This document shows positions 38,845 to 51,106 of a stretch of DNA of 64,000 nucleotides, piece after piece; position 1 is the first letter of the stretch; the number at the start of each line of letters is the position of its first letter. The notes beneath the pieces were generated by a model. The model had not been told where the DNA came from, did not search any database, and saw only the letters and a program-made list of their open reading frames with translations. Origin of the DNA: Alphaproteobacteria bacterium (GTDB taxonomy: Bacteria > Pseudomonadota > Alphaproteobacteria > UBA828); NCBI GenBank assembly GCA_965220745.1, contig CBDCQT010000012.1:544001-608000 (forward strand), read 5' to 3'. The position numbers and the translations under genes are program-made.

Positions 38845-39717
38845 TTGTTCTCCGTCGAACTTCTAGTGAATGCGCTGATCGCCGGCGTGCTGCTCGGCGG
38901 GTTCTATGCCGCGGTCAGCCTCGGGCTGACGGTCTCCTTCGGGCAGCTCAACATCGTCAATATCGCCCATCCCGCATTCATCATTTTGGGCTCATACATC
39001 GCCTACATGTGCAACAGCCTGTGGGGGCTGGATCCGATCCTGACGGGAATCATATTCATTCCCGTGTTCTTCCTGATCGGAGCCGGGGCTTATCGCCTCT
39101 ACTACGAGAGTTTCGAGCGCAAGGACGATGAGGCGCTGCGCGGCCTCGCCTTCTTCTTCGGCGTCATGTTCATCATCGAGGTCGCGCTCATCATGGTTTA
39201 CGGCGTGGATTTCCGCACCGTGCAGGCCTCCTACATCGGGCAAAGCTGGAAGGCCGGCGGGATCGGGGTGCCGACCCGCATGTTCGTGCCGTTTTGCGTC
39301 GCGATCGCCATGTTCACCGCGGTCTATCTCTACATGTCGCGCACCTTCAACGGCCGCGCGATCAAGGCCGTGGCGCAAGATCGGCTCGCGCTGCAGCTCA
39401 TGGGCGCCGATCCGGTCAAGATCAAGCAGCTCGGCTTCGGCATCAGCATCGGCACCGCAGCGCTCGCGGGTGCGCTGCTGATCATCATCATTCCGGTCGA
39501 GCCGTCGGTTGGCCGGCTCTATATCGGCCAGGTGTTCGCGATCGCGGTCCTCGCCGGGCTCGGATCGATCCCCGGCACGCTCGTTGCAGGGCTGATCCTC
39601 GGCATCGCCGAGAGCCTGGTCTCGACCTTCTTCGGCCCGTCATGGGCGCCTGCCGTGGCCTTCGGCATCCTGCTGGCGGCGCTGGCCTTCCGGCCGCAAG
39701 GACTGTTCGGCCGATGA
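38845..39717 (+). CDS. Branched-chain ABC permease (LivH-like)
   Basis: SLGLTVSFG..NIVNIAH, GRAIKAVAQD and GLGSIPG motifs. Confidence 0.92.
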   Translation: MFSVELLVNALIAGVLLGGFYAAVSLGLTVSFGQLNIVNIAHPAFIILGSYIAYMCNSLWGLDPILTGIIFIPVFFLIGAGAYRLYYESFERKDDEALRGLAFFFGVMFIIEVALIMVYGVDFRTVQASYIGQSWKAGGIGVPTRMFVPFCVAIAMFTAVYLYMSRTFNGRAIKAVAQDRLALQLMGADPVKIKQLGFGISIGTAALAGALLIIIIPVEPSVGRLYIGQVFAIAVLAGLGSIPGTLVAGLILGIAESLVSTFFGPSWAPAVAFGILLAALAFRPQGLFGR

Positions 39718-40688
39718 AGTGGCCTCCAATGAAGCTCTCGCCCTTCTGGCTCTGCGCCGCCGCCATCGCGCTGCTCGGCATCGCGGTGACGATCTTCGAC
39801 CTGTTCAACATCAACACCTTCATCTTCTTCGCGGGCTATGTGGTCCTGCAATACGTGGTTCTCGCGACCGCCTGGAACATCATGGGCGGCTACATGGGTT
39901 ACGTGAATTTCGGCACCGCCGGCTTCTTCGCCGTCGGCGCGTACGCCTCCGTCGTGCTCTACAACCTCTTCCAGGCGCCGTTGGCTCTGATGATCCCCTT
40001 CGCGGGCGTGGTCTGCGCCCTGCTCGGGCTCGCCATGGGCTACCTGACGCTACGCCTGCGCGGTGTCTTCTTCGCCATCGCCACGCTCGCGATGGCCATC
40101 GTCCTCGAGACGCTCATCATCAATTGGGAGTTCGTGGGCGGTGCCACCGGCGCCTACATCCTGCGCTCGCGCGAGCAGGCGCCGTTCGGCGATTACATCG
40201 AGTTCCTGTTCTTCGTGATGCTCCTGCTCGCGATCTTTGCCGTCTCGGTTGCGCGCTGGCTCGAGCTGTCGAGGACGGGGCGCGGCTTCATCGCCATTCG
40301 CGACGATGAGATCGCCGCCGAATGCGCTGGTGTTCCGACCCTTCGGCTCAAGCTGATCGCGACGACCGTTTCCGGATTCCTGATGGGTGTCGCGGGCGCG
40401 CCGTTCGCGCTCTACGTGAGCTTTATCGAGCCGTCCTCGGCGTTCAATCTCATCTATGCGGTGAACGCCATCGCGATGCCGATGATCGGCGGCGCCACGA
40501 CGTGGCTCGGCCCGGTGATCGGCGCCTTGCTGCTCGGCACCGTTCAGCAGGTCGCCACGGTGACGATTTCCTCGGAGCTCAACCTCTTAATCGTGGGCAT
40601 CGTCCTGGTGTTCTTCGTGATCGTGGCCCCGGAAGGGATCGTCGGACTGCTCAAGAAGTGGTTGGGAGGCCGTCGCGATGACCGCTGA
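39714..40688 (+). CDS. Branched-chain ABC permease (LivM-like)
   Basis: WNIMGGYMGYVNFG, LRLRGVFFAIATLA and AIRDDEIAAE motifs. Confidence 0.92.
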   Translation: MKWPPMKLSPFWLCAAAIALLGIAVTIFDLFNINTFIFFAGYVVLQYVVLATAWNIMGGYMGYVNFGTAGFFAVGAYASVVLYNLFQAPLALMIPFAGVVCALLGLAMGYLTLRLRGVFFAIATLAMAIVLETLIINWEFVGGATGAYILRSREQAPFGDYIEFLFFVMLLLAIFAVSVARWLELSRTGRGFIAIRDDEIAAECAGVPTLRLKLIATTVSGFLMGVAGAPFALYVSFIEPSSAFNLIYAVNAIAMPMIGGATTWLGPVIGALLLGTVQQVATVTISSELNLLIVGIVLVFFVIVAPEGIVGLLKKWLGGRRDDR

Positions 40689-41392
40689 CGCGCTGCTCGA
40701 CGTGCGCGCCGTCACCAAGCGGTTCGGCGGCTTCACGGCACTGGACCAGGTCGACATGGAGGTGAGGGCAGGCGAGCGCTTCGGCCTGATCGGACCCAAC
40801 GGCTCCGGCAAGACCACCATGATCAACTGCATCTCGGGCACGCTCGCGAACGAGGGCGGCGAGATCGTCTTCAAGGGCGTCAAGCTCGACGGCAAGAAGC
40901 CCCATCAACGCACGCGGCTGGGGATCGCGCGCTCGTTCCAGATTCCCAAGCCGTTTCGCTCGCTCACGGTGCTGGAGAACTTGGGAATCGCGCTCGAATT
41001 CGCGACCGGCACCAGCCGGTCCGAGGTTCAGGAGCGCGGCATGGCGATCCTGGAGACCATCGGGCTCGCGGAGCGCGCCCGCGCGAATGCCGGGTCGCTC
41101 ACTCAAATCGACATGCGCAAGCTTGAGCTCGCGCGCGCGATGGCGACGCAACCCGAATTGCTGATTTCCGATGAAGCGATGGCCGGCCTCTCCTCGACCG
41201 AGGTCGACGACATCCTCGATATTCTGTTCAAGCTGAACGAAGGCGGCATCACGATCATCATGATCGAGCACATCATGCGGGCGGTGATGCGGTTCTCGAC
41301 GCGGATCGTGGTGTTGGACGCAGGGCGCAAGATCGCGGAGGGCAACCCCGACGAGATCGTCAACGACCCCGAAGTCGAGAGGGCCTATCTCG

Positions 41393-41400
<8 letters not shown>
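40678..41400 (+). CDS. Branched-chain ABC ATP-binding protein (LivG-like)
   Basis: GPNGSGKTT, ARSFQ, DE.MAGL, IEH and AYLG motifs. Confidence 0.93.
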
Positions 41401-42124
<724 letters not shown>

Positions 42125-42253
42125 GGCGAGCACCGGTATTACTCAGCCCGCACCGTTGCCGCCAAAGGCCCGCTGACATACGCTTGCCGGCCCCGGCTGC
42201 CGTCTGGTCCGACCATTGCGGCGGCTTGCCAGCCCTCAACATGGAGACGCAGC

Positions 42254-43651
42254 ATGTCGCTCGATCAGGCCCAGAACATCTCGCTGGAGGAGCTCGACAA
42301 GCAGGTCCTGCTCCACCCGGTCACCTCCATCGCCGAGCATCAGGACGCTGGTCCCGTCATCTACGGCAAGAGCGGTGGGGTGAAGGTCTACGACCGCCAG
42401 GGCAAGGGCTACATCGACGCCGCCGCGGCGCTCTGGTGCGTCAACATCGGCTACGGGCGGACCAGGCTCGCCGAGGTCGCGGCCGAGGAGATGGCGCGCA
42501 TCGGCTTCTTCCACACCTTCGGCGCCGCCTCCAACGAGCCGCAGATCAGGCTCGCCGAGAAGCTGCTCTCGCTGCTGCACGAGCACGCCGACTGCCACCA
42601 CATCGGCAAGGTGTTCTTCGGCCTCTCGGGCTCGGACGGGAACGACACGCAGTTCAAGCTGGTCCGCTATTACAACAACCTGCGCGGCCGGCCCGAGAAG
42701 AAGAAGATCATCTCGCGCCTCGGCGCCTATCACGGCGTCACCGGCGCGGCGGGCAGCCTCACCGGCATTCCGCTCTACCACAAGGCCTTCGACCTGCCCT
42801 TCGAGGGCGTGCTGCACACTGATTGCCCGCACTACTGGCGGGAAGGCCTGGAGGGCGAGAGCGAAGAGGAGTTCGCTGACCGCATGGCCGCATCGCTCGA
42901 AGCCATGATCGAGCGGGAAGGGCCCGAGACCATCGCAGCCTTCATCGCGGAGCCGGTGATGGGCACCGGCGGCGTGATCATTCCGGGCGGCGGCTACTAC
43001 GACAAGGTGCAGGCGATCCTGAAGAAGCACGACATCCTCTTCATCACGGACGAGGTGATCTGCGGCTTCGGGCGCCTCGGCACCTGGTTCGGCGCAAGCT
43101 ACTTCGGGCTCAAGCCGGACATGATGACCTTCGCCAAGGGGCTCACCAGCGCCTACTTCCCGATGTCGGCGGTCGCGATATCGGACGAGGTCTGGCAGGT
43201 GCTGGCGGACGGCACGGCCGAGGTCGGCATGTTCGCCCACGGCTTCACCTATTCGGGCCACCCGGTGGGTGGCGCCGTCGGCCTCGCCAACCTGGAGATC
43301 ATGGAGTCCGAGAACCTGGTCGCCAACGCGGCCGAGGTCGGCCCCTACTTCAAGCAGTGCCTGATGGAGCGGGTGGGCGATCACCCCAACGTGGGTGACA
43401 TCCGCGGCGCGGGCCTCATGCTGGGCGTCGAGTACGCCGCCGAGCGCGGGAGCAAGGCCGCGCCTGACATGACCCCACCGGCGCATCGGCGGGTCTCGGC
43501 CGCAGCGCAAGAGCGAGGGATGCTCACGCGCGCGATGCCGTTCCTGCCGGTCAACGCGTTCTCGCCGCCGCTCACCTTCTCTAAGGCCGATGTCGACGAG
43601 ACCGTCGGCATCTTCGGCGAGGCTGTGGAAAGCGTCTTCGGCAAGGGCTGA
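42254..43651 (+). CDS. Class III PLP aminotransferase (omega-transaminase-like)
   Basis: [36 protein letters not shown] and HGFTYSGHP motifs. Confidence 0.94.
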   Translation: MSLDQAQNISLEELDKQVLLHPVTSIAEHQDAGPVIYGKSGGVKVYDRQGKGYIDAAAALWCVNIGYGRTRLAEVAAEEMARIGFFHTFGAASNEPQIRLAEKLLSLLHEHADCHHIGKVFFGLSGSDGNDTQFKLVRYYNNLRGRPEKKKIISRLGAYHGVTGAAGSLTGIPLYHKAFDLPFEGVLHTDCPHYWREGLEGESEEEFADRMAASLEAMIEREGPETIAAFIAEPVMGTGGVIIPGGGYYDKVQAILKKHDILFITDEVICGFGRLGTWFGASYFGLKPDMMTFAKGLTSAYFPMSAVAISDEVWQVLADGTAEVGMFAHGFTYSGHPVGGAVGLANLEIMESENLVANAAEVGPYFKQCLMERVGDHPNVGDIRGAGLMLGVEYAAERGSKAAPDMTPPAHRRVSAAAQERGMLTRAMPFLPVNAFSPPLTFSKADVDETVGIFGEAVESVFGKG

Positions 43652-43675
43652 GCCCTCGTTCATAGGGGCTCCGCC

Positions 43676-45748
43676 GTGGGCTTTCGCATCTCCGTCGATA
43701 CCGGCGGCACCTTTACCGATGTCGTGGCCGGGGGCGACGGGCGGGAGGTGGTCGGCAAGGCGCCGACCACGCCCGACCGCATCTTCGTCGGCATGCAGGG
43801 CGCGCTGGAGAACGCGGCCGAGCAGCTTGACCTGAGCCTGCCCCAACTGCTCGGCGAGACCGATCTCCTGATCTACGGCACGACGCGGGCCACCAACGCG
43901 ATCGTGCAGGGCGCGGTCGCCAAGACGGCGTTCCTGGTCACCGCCGGCTTCCCCGACATCCTTGTGCTCAAGGAAGGCGGCAAGCACGGGGTCCACGACT
44001 TCGAGACCGACTACCCGGACCCCTACATCCCGCAGGCCCACACCTTCGAGATCGACGAGCGCATCGATTCCGAGGGCGGCGTGGTGACGCCGCTCGACCG
44101 TGAGCAGGCCCGCGCGGCGCTTGCGCTGGTCGAGGAGCGGGGCTTTGAGGCGGTCGCCGTCTGCCTGCTGTGGGCGGTCGCGAACCCCGCGCATGAGCAG
44201 GCGCTCGCCGCGCTGATCGAGGAGGTTCTCCCCGGCGTCCCGTACACGCTCTCGCACCGGCTGATCCCCATCGTGCGCGAGTACCGGCGCGCGTCGGCGA
44301 CCGCCATCGACGCCTCGCTCAAGCCGCTGATGCAGGCGCACCTGCAAGGCATGGAGGACGATCTGCGCGCAGCCGGTTGCAAGGGGGAGATTTTGGTGAG
44401 CACCTCCGTCGGCGGCTGCATGCACGTAGAGGAGCTGGTCGAGCGCCCCATCCATACGGTCAAGTCGGGCCCCGCCATGGCGCCGGTGGCGGCACTGGCC
44501 TACTCGCAGATGGAAGGCTTCGGCGACGATGTGATCGTCTGCGACACGGGCGGCACCACCTTCGATGTCGGCCTGGTGCGCGACGGCGCGGTGAAGCAGA
44601 CCCGCGAGACCTGGATCGGCGGTCTGTGGACCGGCCATATCCTCGCGATCTCTTCGGTCGACGTGCGCAGCATCGGCGCCGGCGGTGGCTCCATCGCCTG
44701 GATCGATCCGGGCGGCCTGCTCCGGGTGGGCCCGCGCAGTGCGGGCGCGGTGCCGGGGCCGGCCTGCTACGGCGCCGGCGGCACCGAGCCCACGGTCACC
44801 GATGCGGCCTTGCTGCTGGGTTATCTCGACCCGGACTACTTCCTCGGCGGGCGGCTCGCGCTCGACGAAGGCGCGGCCCGGCACGCGGTCGGCGCGCTCG
44901 CCGATCGTCTCGGCAAGTCTCTCGACGACGGGGCGCACGCCATCATGAGCCTCGCCAACGAGCTGATGATCAAGGCGATCCAGGACATCACCGTGACCGA
45001 GGGCTTCAATCCGCGCGAATGCACGCTGGTCGCTGGCGGCGGCGCGGCCGGCCTCGGCGTCATGGCGATCGCAGGCGAGCTCGGCTGCGAGCGGGTGATC
45101 CTGCCGCGCACCGCCGCCGTGCTCAGCGCCTGCGGAATGCAGGTCTCCGACGTGATTCACGAGCACTCGGCGAGCATGGTCACGCGCTCAGCCGGCTTCG
45201 ACTTCGAGGGCGTGAACGCCGTGCTCGAGTCGATCGACGCCGAGCTCGAGCGCTTCGCCGCGACGCTGGGCGAGCGCGGGCTCGAGACCATGCGGATCGA
45301 GCGCTTCGTCGAGGCGCGCTACCTGTTTCAGGTGTGGGAGCTCGACGTGGCGCTGCCGGTCGAGCGCTTCGAGACCGAGCGCGATGTCGCGGCTCTGGTC
45401 GAGCGCTTCCACGCCACGCACGAGCAGGTCTTCGCCGTGCGCGATCCCGACAGCATCCTCGAATGCCTCAATTGGAAGGGGCGGGTCTCCGTCGGCCTCG
45501 ACGCAGCCGCCCGTCCGCCGTCGATTGCCGGCGCCGGCGGGCCGCCGGAGCCGGACAGCCGCCGGCCCGCCTATTTCGGTGGCGGCGCGCGTGTGGACAC
45601 GCCGATCTATCTCGGCCGCAACCTGAGCCCCGGCGCCGCGATCGAAGGGCCCGCGATCATCGAGGAGCCGACCACCACCATCGTGGTCGATCCCGGCACG
45701 CGGACCTGGCTGAGCGAAGCCGGCAACTTCATCCTGGAGGCCCGCTGA
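43676..45748 (+). CDS. Hydantoinase A/5-oxoprolinase family, ATP-binding subunit
   Basis: DTGGTFTD, GTT.ATNA, SGPA, DTGGTTFD, GAGGGS and GPACYG motifs. Confidence 0.94.
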   Translation: MGFRISVDTGGTFTDVVAGGDGREVVGKAPTTPDRIFVGMQGALENAAEQLDLSLPQLLGETDLLIYGTTRATNAIVQGAVAKTAFLVTAGFPDILVLKEGGKHGVHDFETDYPDPYIPQAHTFEIDERIDSEGGVVTPLDREQARAALALVEERGFEAVAVCLLWAVANPAHEQALAALIEEVLPGVPYTLSHRLIPIVREYRRASATAIDASLKPLMQAHLQGMEDDLRAAGCKGEILVSTSVGGCMHVEELVERPIHTVKSGPAMAPVAALAYSQMEGFGDDVIVCDTGGTTFDVGLVRDGAVKQTRETWIGGLWTGHILAISSVDVRSIGAGGGSIAWIDPGGLLRVGPRSAGAVPGPACYGAGGTEPTVTDAALLLGYLDPDYFLGGRLALDEGAARHAVGALADRLGKSLDDGAHAIMSLANELMIKAIQDITVTEGFNPRECTLVAGGGAAGLGVMAIAGELGCERVILPRTAAVLSACGMQVSDVIHEHSASMVTRSAGFDFEGVNAVLESIDAELERFAATLGERGLETMRIERFVEARYLFQVWELDVALPVERFETERDVAALVERFHATHEQVFAVRDPDSILECLNWKGRVSVGLDAAARPPSIAGAGGPPEPDSRRPAYFGGGARVDTPIYLGRNLSPGAAIEGPAIIEEPTTTIVVDPGTRTWLSEAGNFILEAR

Positions 45749-45749
45749 G

Positions 45750-47540
45750 ATGTCATCGCCCGAACCCGCGCCGGGGACTCTCGACCCGGTCCTTCTTTCG
45801 GTGCTCTCCAACCGGCTCGACGGCATCGTGCGCGAGATGTCGAACACGCTGCTCAAGGCCGCGCGCTCGGCCGTGATCGCGGTGGCGCGGGACTTTTCCT
45901 GCGCGATCTGCACCGGCGACAACGAGCTGTTGGCGACGGCGGAGGGCCTGCCGGTCCATATCTTCGGCTCGCACCTGCAGACTCGGGCGATGACCGACCT
46001 GCACGACGATCTCGCCGAGGGTGACGCCTTCCTCCACAACGACCCCTACCTCGGCAACACCCACCCGGCCGACCACGCGGTGCTGGTGCCCGTCTTCATC
46101 GACGGCGAGCACCTGTTCACCGCCTGCGCCAAGGGCCACCAGGCGGACATCGGCAACAGCATCCCCACCACCTATCACGCCGCGGCGAAGGACGTTTACG
46201 AGGAGGGCTCGCTGATCTTCCCCTGCGTCCGCGTGCAGCGCGACTACGAGATGGTGGACGACGTGATCCGCATGTGCCGCCGGCGCATCCGGGTGCCGGA
46301 GCAGTGGTACGGCGACTTCCTGGCCGAACTCGGGGCTGCGCGCATCGCCGAGCGGCGCCTGAAGGAGCTCTGCGCCAAGTACGGCAAGGAGACCATCAAG
46401 ACCTTCATCCGCGAGTGGTTCGACTATTCCGAGCGGCGCATGGTGCAGGCGATCAAGGAGCTGCCGAAGGCCGAGGTCGAGGCGGAGGGCGCGCACGATC
46501 CCTTCGAGCCCTTCCTGCCCGACGGCATCCAGATCAAGGTCCAGCTCCGCATCGATCCCGACGATGGCCGGGTCACCATCGACCTCCGCGACAACATCGA
46601 CTGTCTCGACTGCGGCCTCAACGAATCGGAGGCCTGCGCGATCAACAACGTCGTGGCCGGCCTCTTCAACTGCCTGGGGCCCGAGATACCCCACAACGGC
46701 GGGTCGTTCCGTCGCGTGGACGTGCTGCTGCGGGACGGCTGCGTGGTCGGTCGCCCGTCCTTCCCCCATTCCACCTCGATGGCGACCACCAACGTCGCCG
46801 ACCGCCTAGTCAACATCACCCACTCGGCGATGGCCCGGCTGGGCGACGGCTACGGCCTGGCGGAAGGCGGCAGCGCCATGGGCTCAGGCGGCGCAGTCAT
46901 CAGCGGCCCGGACTTCAGGCGCGGCGGCGATCCCTACATCAACCAGCTCATGATGCTGGTGAACGGCGGCCCCGCCGGGCCCAAGGCCGACGGCTGGGTC
47001 ACTTACGTGCTGCCGGTGGTCTCCGGCCTCATGTATAGGGACAGCATCGAGCTCGCCGAGGTGAAGCACCCGATGCTGTTCAGGACCGTGCGCCTCATGC
47101 CCGGCACCGGCGGTGCCGGTCGCCATCGCGGCGGCCCCGCCTGCGAGGTGGTCTACGGGCCGCGCGAGGACCCGATGACGGTGGTGATCCCCTCCGATTG
47201 TCAGGTCAACCCGGCGCGGGGCGCCCAGGGCGGCCACGACGGCGCGCCGGCGATCCAGTACAGGGTCGGCGCCAACGGCGACGAGACGCTGCTGCCCAAC
47301 GTCGTGCAGCTTGCCCTGCAACCGGGCGAGATGATTCGCGGCTTCGATGCGGGGGGCGGCGGATACGGCGACCCGATGGAGCGCGATCCGGAGCGGGTGC
47401 GCATGGATGTCGCGCGCGGCTGGGAGACGCTGGAACGCGCCCGTGAGGTCTACGGAGTCGTGCTCACCGGGGACCGCGAAACCGACTCACTGGCGGTAGA
47501 TCAGGCGGCGACTGACGCCCTGCGAGCCACCGCTTCTTGA
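45750..47540 (+). CDS. Hydantoinase B/5-oxoprolinase family subunit
   Basis: RDFSC, NDPY.G.THPAD, HQADIG, GAGRHRGG and GGGYGDP motifs. Confidence 0.94.
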   Translation: MSSPEPAPGTLDPVLLSVLSNRLDGIVREMSNTLLKAARSAVIAVARDFSCAICTGDNELLATAEGLPVHIFGSHLQTRAMTDLHDDLAEGDAFLHNDPYLGNTHPADHAVLVPVFIDGEHLFTACAKGHQADIGNSIPTTYHAAAKDVYEEGSLIFPCVRVQRDYEMVDDVIRMCRRRIRVPEQWYGDFLAELGAARIAERRLKELCAKYGKETIKTFIREWFDYSERRMVQAIKELPKAEVEAEGAHDPFEPFLPDGIQIKVQLRIDPDDGRVTIDLRDNIDCLDCGLNESEACAINNVVAGLFNCLGPEIPHNGGSFRRVDVLLRDGCVVGRPSFPHSTSMATTNVADRLVNITHSAMARLGDGYGLAEGGSAMGSGGAVISGPDFRRGGDPYINQLMMLVNGGPAGPKADGWVTYVLPVVSGLMYRDSIELAEVKHPMLFRTVRLMPGTGGAGRHRGGPACEVVYGPREDPMTVVIPSDCQVNPARGAQGGHDGAPAIQYRVGANGDETLLPNVVQLALQPGEMIRGFDAGGGGYGDPMERDPERVRMDVARGWETLERAREVYGVVLTGDRETDSLAVDQAATDALRATAS

Positions 47541-47634
47541 GGCGTCGTCTCCTCGCGCTGGCTCCACTCTTTCGGGGTACTGTGACGGCAAGATCGGGGT
47601 GCGAAGAATGACGAGCATGGTGACGGGTCTGAGG

Positions 47635-48249
47635 ATGCCGAGGAGCGCCATCGCAGCAGCCACGACGTGCATTCTCGCTCTGGCGGCGTTGCTCGCGCTT
47701 GGCGGTTGCGGCGCCGGGCCACTCTCCCCCATGGACGAGCCCACGCGGGCCGTCGGCGACGTAGAGGTCTGGAAAAGCCGGACGGGAACGACCACTCACA
47801 CGCTCGTGGCGATCGAGACCGACTCGATTCGCTACGAGGTGGCGGAGAGCGGCTGCACCTACACAAGGCCGCGAGACGGCATCTCGCCATGGACGGCGTG
47901 GGAGAACTGCCGGCGCATTCCCGACGGCACTCAGACCGTCACACTGACTTCCGGGCAAGTGTGGCCGCTCGAGATCGGACGGACGTGGCGCTACCGCAGA
48001 GTCGGATTGGATGCGAGCGAGAATCAGTGGGATGAGGAGGTGCAGTGCAAGGTCACGAAGCAAAGGCGCGTGGAGCGCTCTGTCGGCTTCTTCCGTACAT
48101 TTTACACGATATGCGAGTCCGAGACCGAAAGGCGTGTTCTCTATATCTCGCCTGACCTCGGGCGGAGCATCCGAATCTGGTACACGCGCCTCGACCGGTC
48201 CGTGCCGCCCGAAAAGCGGGACTTGGTGCACTTCACACCCGGAAAATAG
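47635..48249 (+). CDS. Hypothetical lipoprotein
   Basis: Hydrophobic signal with LGGC lipobox; beta-rich mature region with 4 Cys; start uncertain. Confidence 0.65.
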   Translation: MPRSAIAAATTCILALAALLALGGCGAGPLSPMDEPTRAVGDVEVWKSRTGTTTHTLVAIETDSIRYEVAESGCTYTRPRDGISPWTAWENCRRIPDGTQTVTLTSGQVWPLEIGRTWRYRRVGLDASENQWDEEVQCKVTKQRRVERSVGFFRTFYTICESETERRVLYISPDLGRSIRIWYTRLDRSVPPEKRDLVHFTPGK

Positions 48250-48407
48250 AGAGGCGGCGGCGCCCCCTTCTTAGCGTCTTGCCCTCGCCTACGGTGCGTG
48301 CTAACCCTGTCGCCGCTCGCGGCGACCGCCGCGAGCGTGTCGTGATGGTTGCTCGTTTCTAGGTTCCCGAAGGCAATCCCATCAGGCAGTTCGAAGGGGG
48401 TTCGACC

Positions 48408-48962
48408 ATGGCTGACGCCGCGCCGCCCACGGAAAGCTCGTCCGAGCACGCGGGCACGCGACGCGACTTCCTGGTGCTCGCGGCCGGCGCCATGGGGGGC
48501 ATGGCGGTCGTCGGCATCACCTGGCCGCTGATCGAGACCATGAACCCCTCGGCCGACGTGCTCGCGCTGGCGTCCACCGAAGTCGATCTTTCCGCCATCG
48601 AGGAAGGCCAGACCATCGTCGTGAAATGGCGCGGCCGGCCGGTCTTCGTGCGCTATCGCACGCCGGAAGAAATCGCCGCGGCGCAGGAGACACCGCTCGA
48701 CGACCTCTCCGACCCGCAGCCGGATTCGGAGCGGGCGCCGCAAGCGCAATGGCTGATCGTGGAAGGGGTGTGCACGCACCTCGGCTGCGTGCCGCTCGGC
48801 TCCAAGATCGGCGACCCGAGGGGCGAGTTCGGCGGCTGGTTCTGCCCCTGCCACGGCTCGCACTACGACACCTCAGGCCGCATCCGCAAGGGGCCGGCGC
48901 CGGCCAATCTTCCCGTGCCGAGCTACGAGTTCCTCGACGACGAACTGGTTCGGATCGGGTAG
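48408..48962 (+). CDS. petA: Ubiquinol-cytochrome c reductase Rieske subunit
   Basis: TRRDFL Tat signal, CTHLGC and CPCHGS. Confidence 0.97.
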   Translation: MADAAPPTESSSEHAGTRRDFLVLAAGAMGGMAVVGITWPLIETMNPSADVLALASTEVDLSAIEEGQTIVVKWRGRPVFVRYRTPEEIAAAQETPLDDLSDPQPDSERAPQAQWLIVEGVCTHLGCVPLGSKIGDPRGEFGGWFCPCHGSHYDTSGRIRKGPAPANLPVPSYEFLDDELVRIG

Positions 48963-48975
48963 GGGACCGCGCCGG

Positions 48976-50262
48976 ATGACGACACCTGTACCGCAGAACC
49001 GCGTTGCCCAGTGGATCGAGTACCGGCTGCCGGTCTTCAGTTGGACCAACAAGCACCTCATCGACTATCCGGCGCCGCGCAACCTGAACTACTGGTGGAA
49101 CTTCGGCTCCCTCGCCGGGATCATGCTGGTGGTGCAGATCATTACCGGCGTTGTGCTGGCGATGCACTACACGCCGCATGCCGATCACGCTTTCGATTCG
49201 GTCGAGCACATCATGCGCGACGTGGAGTGGGGCTGGCTCATGCGCTACCTCCACGCCAACGGCGCCTCGATGTTCTTCGCCGTGGTCTACATCCACCTCT
49301 TCCGCGGCCTCTACTACGGCTCCTACAAGTCGCCGCGCGAGATCCTGTGGTGGATGGGCGTCATCATCCTGCTGCTCATGATGGCGAGCGCCTTCATGGG
49401 CTACGTGCTGCCGTGGGGGCAGATGAGCTTCTGGGCGGCGACGGTGATCACCAACATGACCTCGGCGATCCCGTGGATCGGCGAGACGGTCGTCACCTGG
49501 CTGTGGGGCGGCTTCTCGGTCGACCACCCCACGCTCGTCCGCTTCTACGCGCTGCACTACCTGCTGCCGTTCGTGCTCTTCGGCGTGGTCTTCATCCACC
49601 TCTGGGCGCTGCACCACCGCAAGTCGAACAACCCGCTCGGCATCGATATCAAGAGCGAGAAGGACACCATCCCCTTCCACCCGTACTACACGGTGAAGGA
49701 TTCGTTCGGGATCGGGGTGATGATGTTCATCCTGCTGATCTTCACCTTCTACATGCCGAACGTGCTGGGCGAGGTCATCAACTACGAGAAGGCGAACCCG
49801 CTGCAGACGCCCGCGCACATCGTGCCGGAATGGTACTTCCTGCCGTTCTACGCGATTCTGCGCGCGATCCCCGACAAGCTCGGCGGCGTCGTGGCGATGG
49901 TCGCCTCGATCTTCATCCTCTTCATCCTGCCGTGGCTCGATTCGTCCCGGGTGCGAAGCGCGCGCTTCCGCCCGATCTACAAGTGGGCGTTCTGGGTCTT
50001 CGTCGTGGATTGCATCGCGCTCGGCTGGGTCGGCGCCAACACGCCCGAGGGCAATTTCATCTGGATCGGGCAGGTGACCACCGGCTACTACTTCGCGCAC
50101 TTCCTCATCATCGTGCCGCTCATCGGCAAGTTCGAGCGGCCCACGAAGCTGCCGGAGAGCATCCATCAGGCGGTGCTGAAAGGTGGGGGTGAGGACACGA
50201 CTGCTGCGGCGCCAGCGGATGCTGCGGCTGCGGCACCGGCGGCGTCCAGGGAGAAGACGTGA
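48976..50262 (+). CDS. petB: Cytochrome b
   Basis: [27 protein letters not shown] and PEWY motifs. Confidence 0.98.
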   Translation: MTTPVPQNRVAQWIEYRLPVFSWTNKHLIDYPAPRNLNYWWNFGSLAGIMLVVQIITGVVLAMHYTPHADHAFDSVEHIMRDVEWGWLMRYLHANGASMFFAVVYIHLFRGLYYGSYKSPREILWWMGVIILLLMMASAFMGYVLPWGQMSFWAATVITNMTSAIPWIGETVVTWLWGGFSVDHPTLVRFYALHYLLPFVLFGVVFIHLWALHHRKSNNPLGIDIKSEKDTIPFHPYYTVKDSFGIGVMMFILLIFTFYMPNVLGEVINYEKANPLQTPAHIVPEWYFLPFYAILRAIPDKLGGVVAMVASIFILFILPWLDSSRVRSARFRPIYKWAFWVFVVDCIALGWVGANTPEGNFIWIGQVTTGYYFAHFLIIVPLIGKFERPTKLPESIHQAVLKGGGEDTTAAAPADAAAAAPAASREKT

Positions 50263-51029
50263 TGCGCGGCGCCCTTCTCGCCGGGCTGATCGGTGCCTTC
50301 GCGCTCTTTGGCGGCAACGCAGCGCTCGCGGCCGGCGCCGCGCCGAACGTCCCGGATCAGGACTGGCAGCACGAAGGCGTCTTCGGCACCTTCGACCGGG
50401 GCGAGCTACAGCGCGGCTTCCAGGTCTTCCAGGAAGTCTGCTCCGCGTGTCATTCGCTCCAGTACATCGCCTTCCGCAACCTGGTGGAAATCGGCTTCAC
50501 CGAGGAGGAGGCCAAGGCGATCGCTGCGGAGTACGAGGTCGAGGACGGGCCCGACGACGAGGGCGAGATGTTCGACCGGCCCGCCCGGCTCTCCGACTAC
50601 TGGCCCTCGCCCTTCGCCAATGACAACGAGGCGCGGGCCGCCAACGGCGGCGCGCTGCCGCCCGACCTCTCGCTGATCATCAAGGCGCGTGAGGGCGGTC
50701 CGGACTACATCTACGCGCTGATGACCGGCTACGAGGAAGAGGCGCCGGAGGGCATGGAGCTTTCCGACGGCATGAACTTCAACCACTTCTTCCCAGGCCA
50801 GCAGATCGCCATGGTGGAGCCTCTCTACGACGAGGCGGTCGAATATGTCGACGGCACGCCCATGACCCTCGAGCAGCACGCGCGGGACGTGACCGCCTTC
50901 CTCTCCTGGACCGCGGAGCCGGAGCTGGAGGAGCGCAAGCAGACCGGCCTCAAGGTGCTGATCTTCGTCTTCGTGCTCACCGCAGTATTGTTCGTCATCT
51001 ACAGGCGCGTCTGGGCCAGGCTGCACTAG
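50259..51029 (+). CDS. petC: Cytochrome c1
   Basis: LQRGFQV, CSACH, PPDLSL and C-terminal TM anchor. Confidence 0.97.
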   Translation: MMRGALLAGLIGAFALFGGNAALAAGAAPNVPDQDWQHEGVFGTFDRGELQRGFQVFQEVCSACHSLQYIAFRNLVEIGFTEEEAKAIAAEYEVEDGPDDEGEMFDRPARLSDYWPSPFANDNEARAANGGALPPDLSLIIKAREGGPDYIYALMTGYEEEAPEGMELSDGMNFNHFFPGQQIAMVEPLYDEAVEYVDGTPMTLEQHARDVTAFLSWTAEPELEERKQTGLKVLIFVFVLTAVLFVIYRRVWARLH

Positions 51030-51106
51030 CGAATCGTCACACCCCCTCGTCGGGTCGGGCGTGACGGCGGGGCAGGCCGCCGGAACGAACGTGGAGGGAG
51101 TGAACC

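Noticed and set aside
42236-45166. 976-aa antisense ORF and similar long reverse ORFs (e.g. 20677-22932, 48517-50166, 51125-52795)
   Set aside because: Antisense shadows of well-supported genes with no family motifs
51030-51106. Possible ZTP or THF riboswitch upstream of fhs
   Set aside because: Only a short gtgacggcgg resemblance within a hairpin; the rest of the consensus is absent and the space is short
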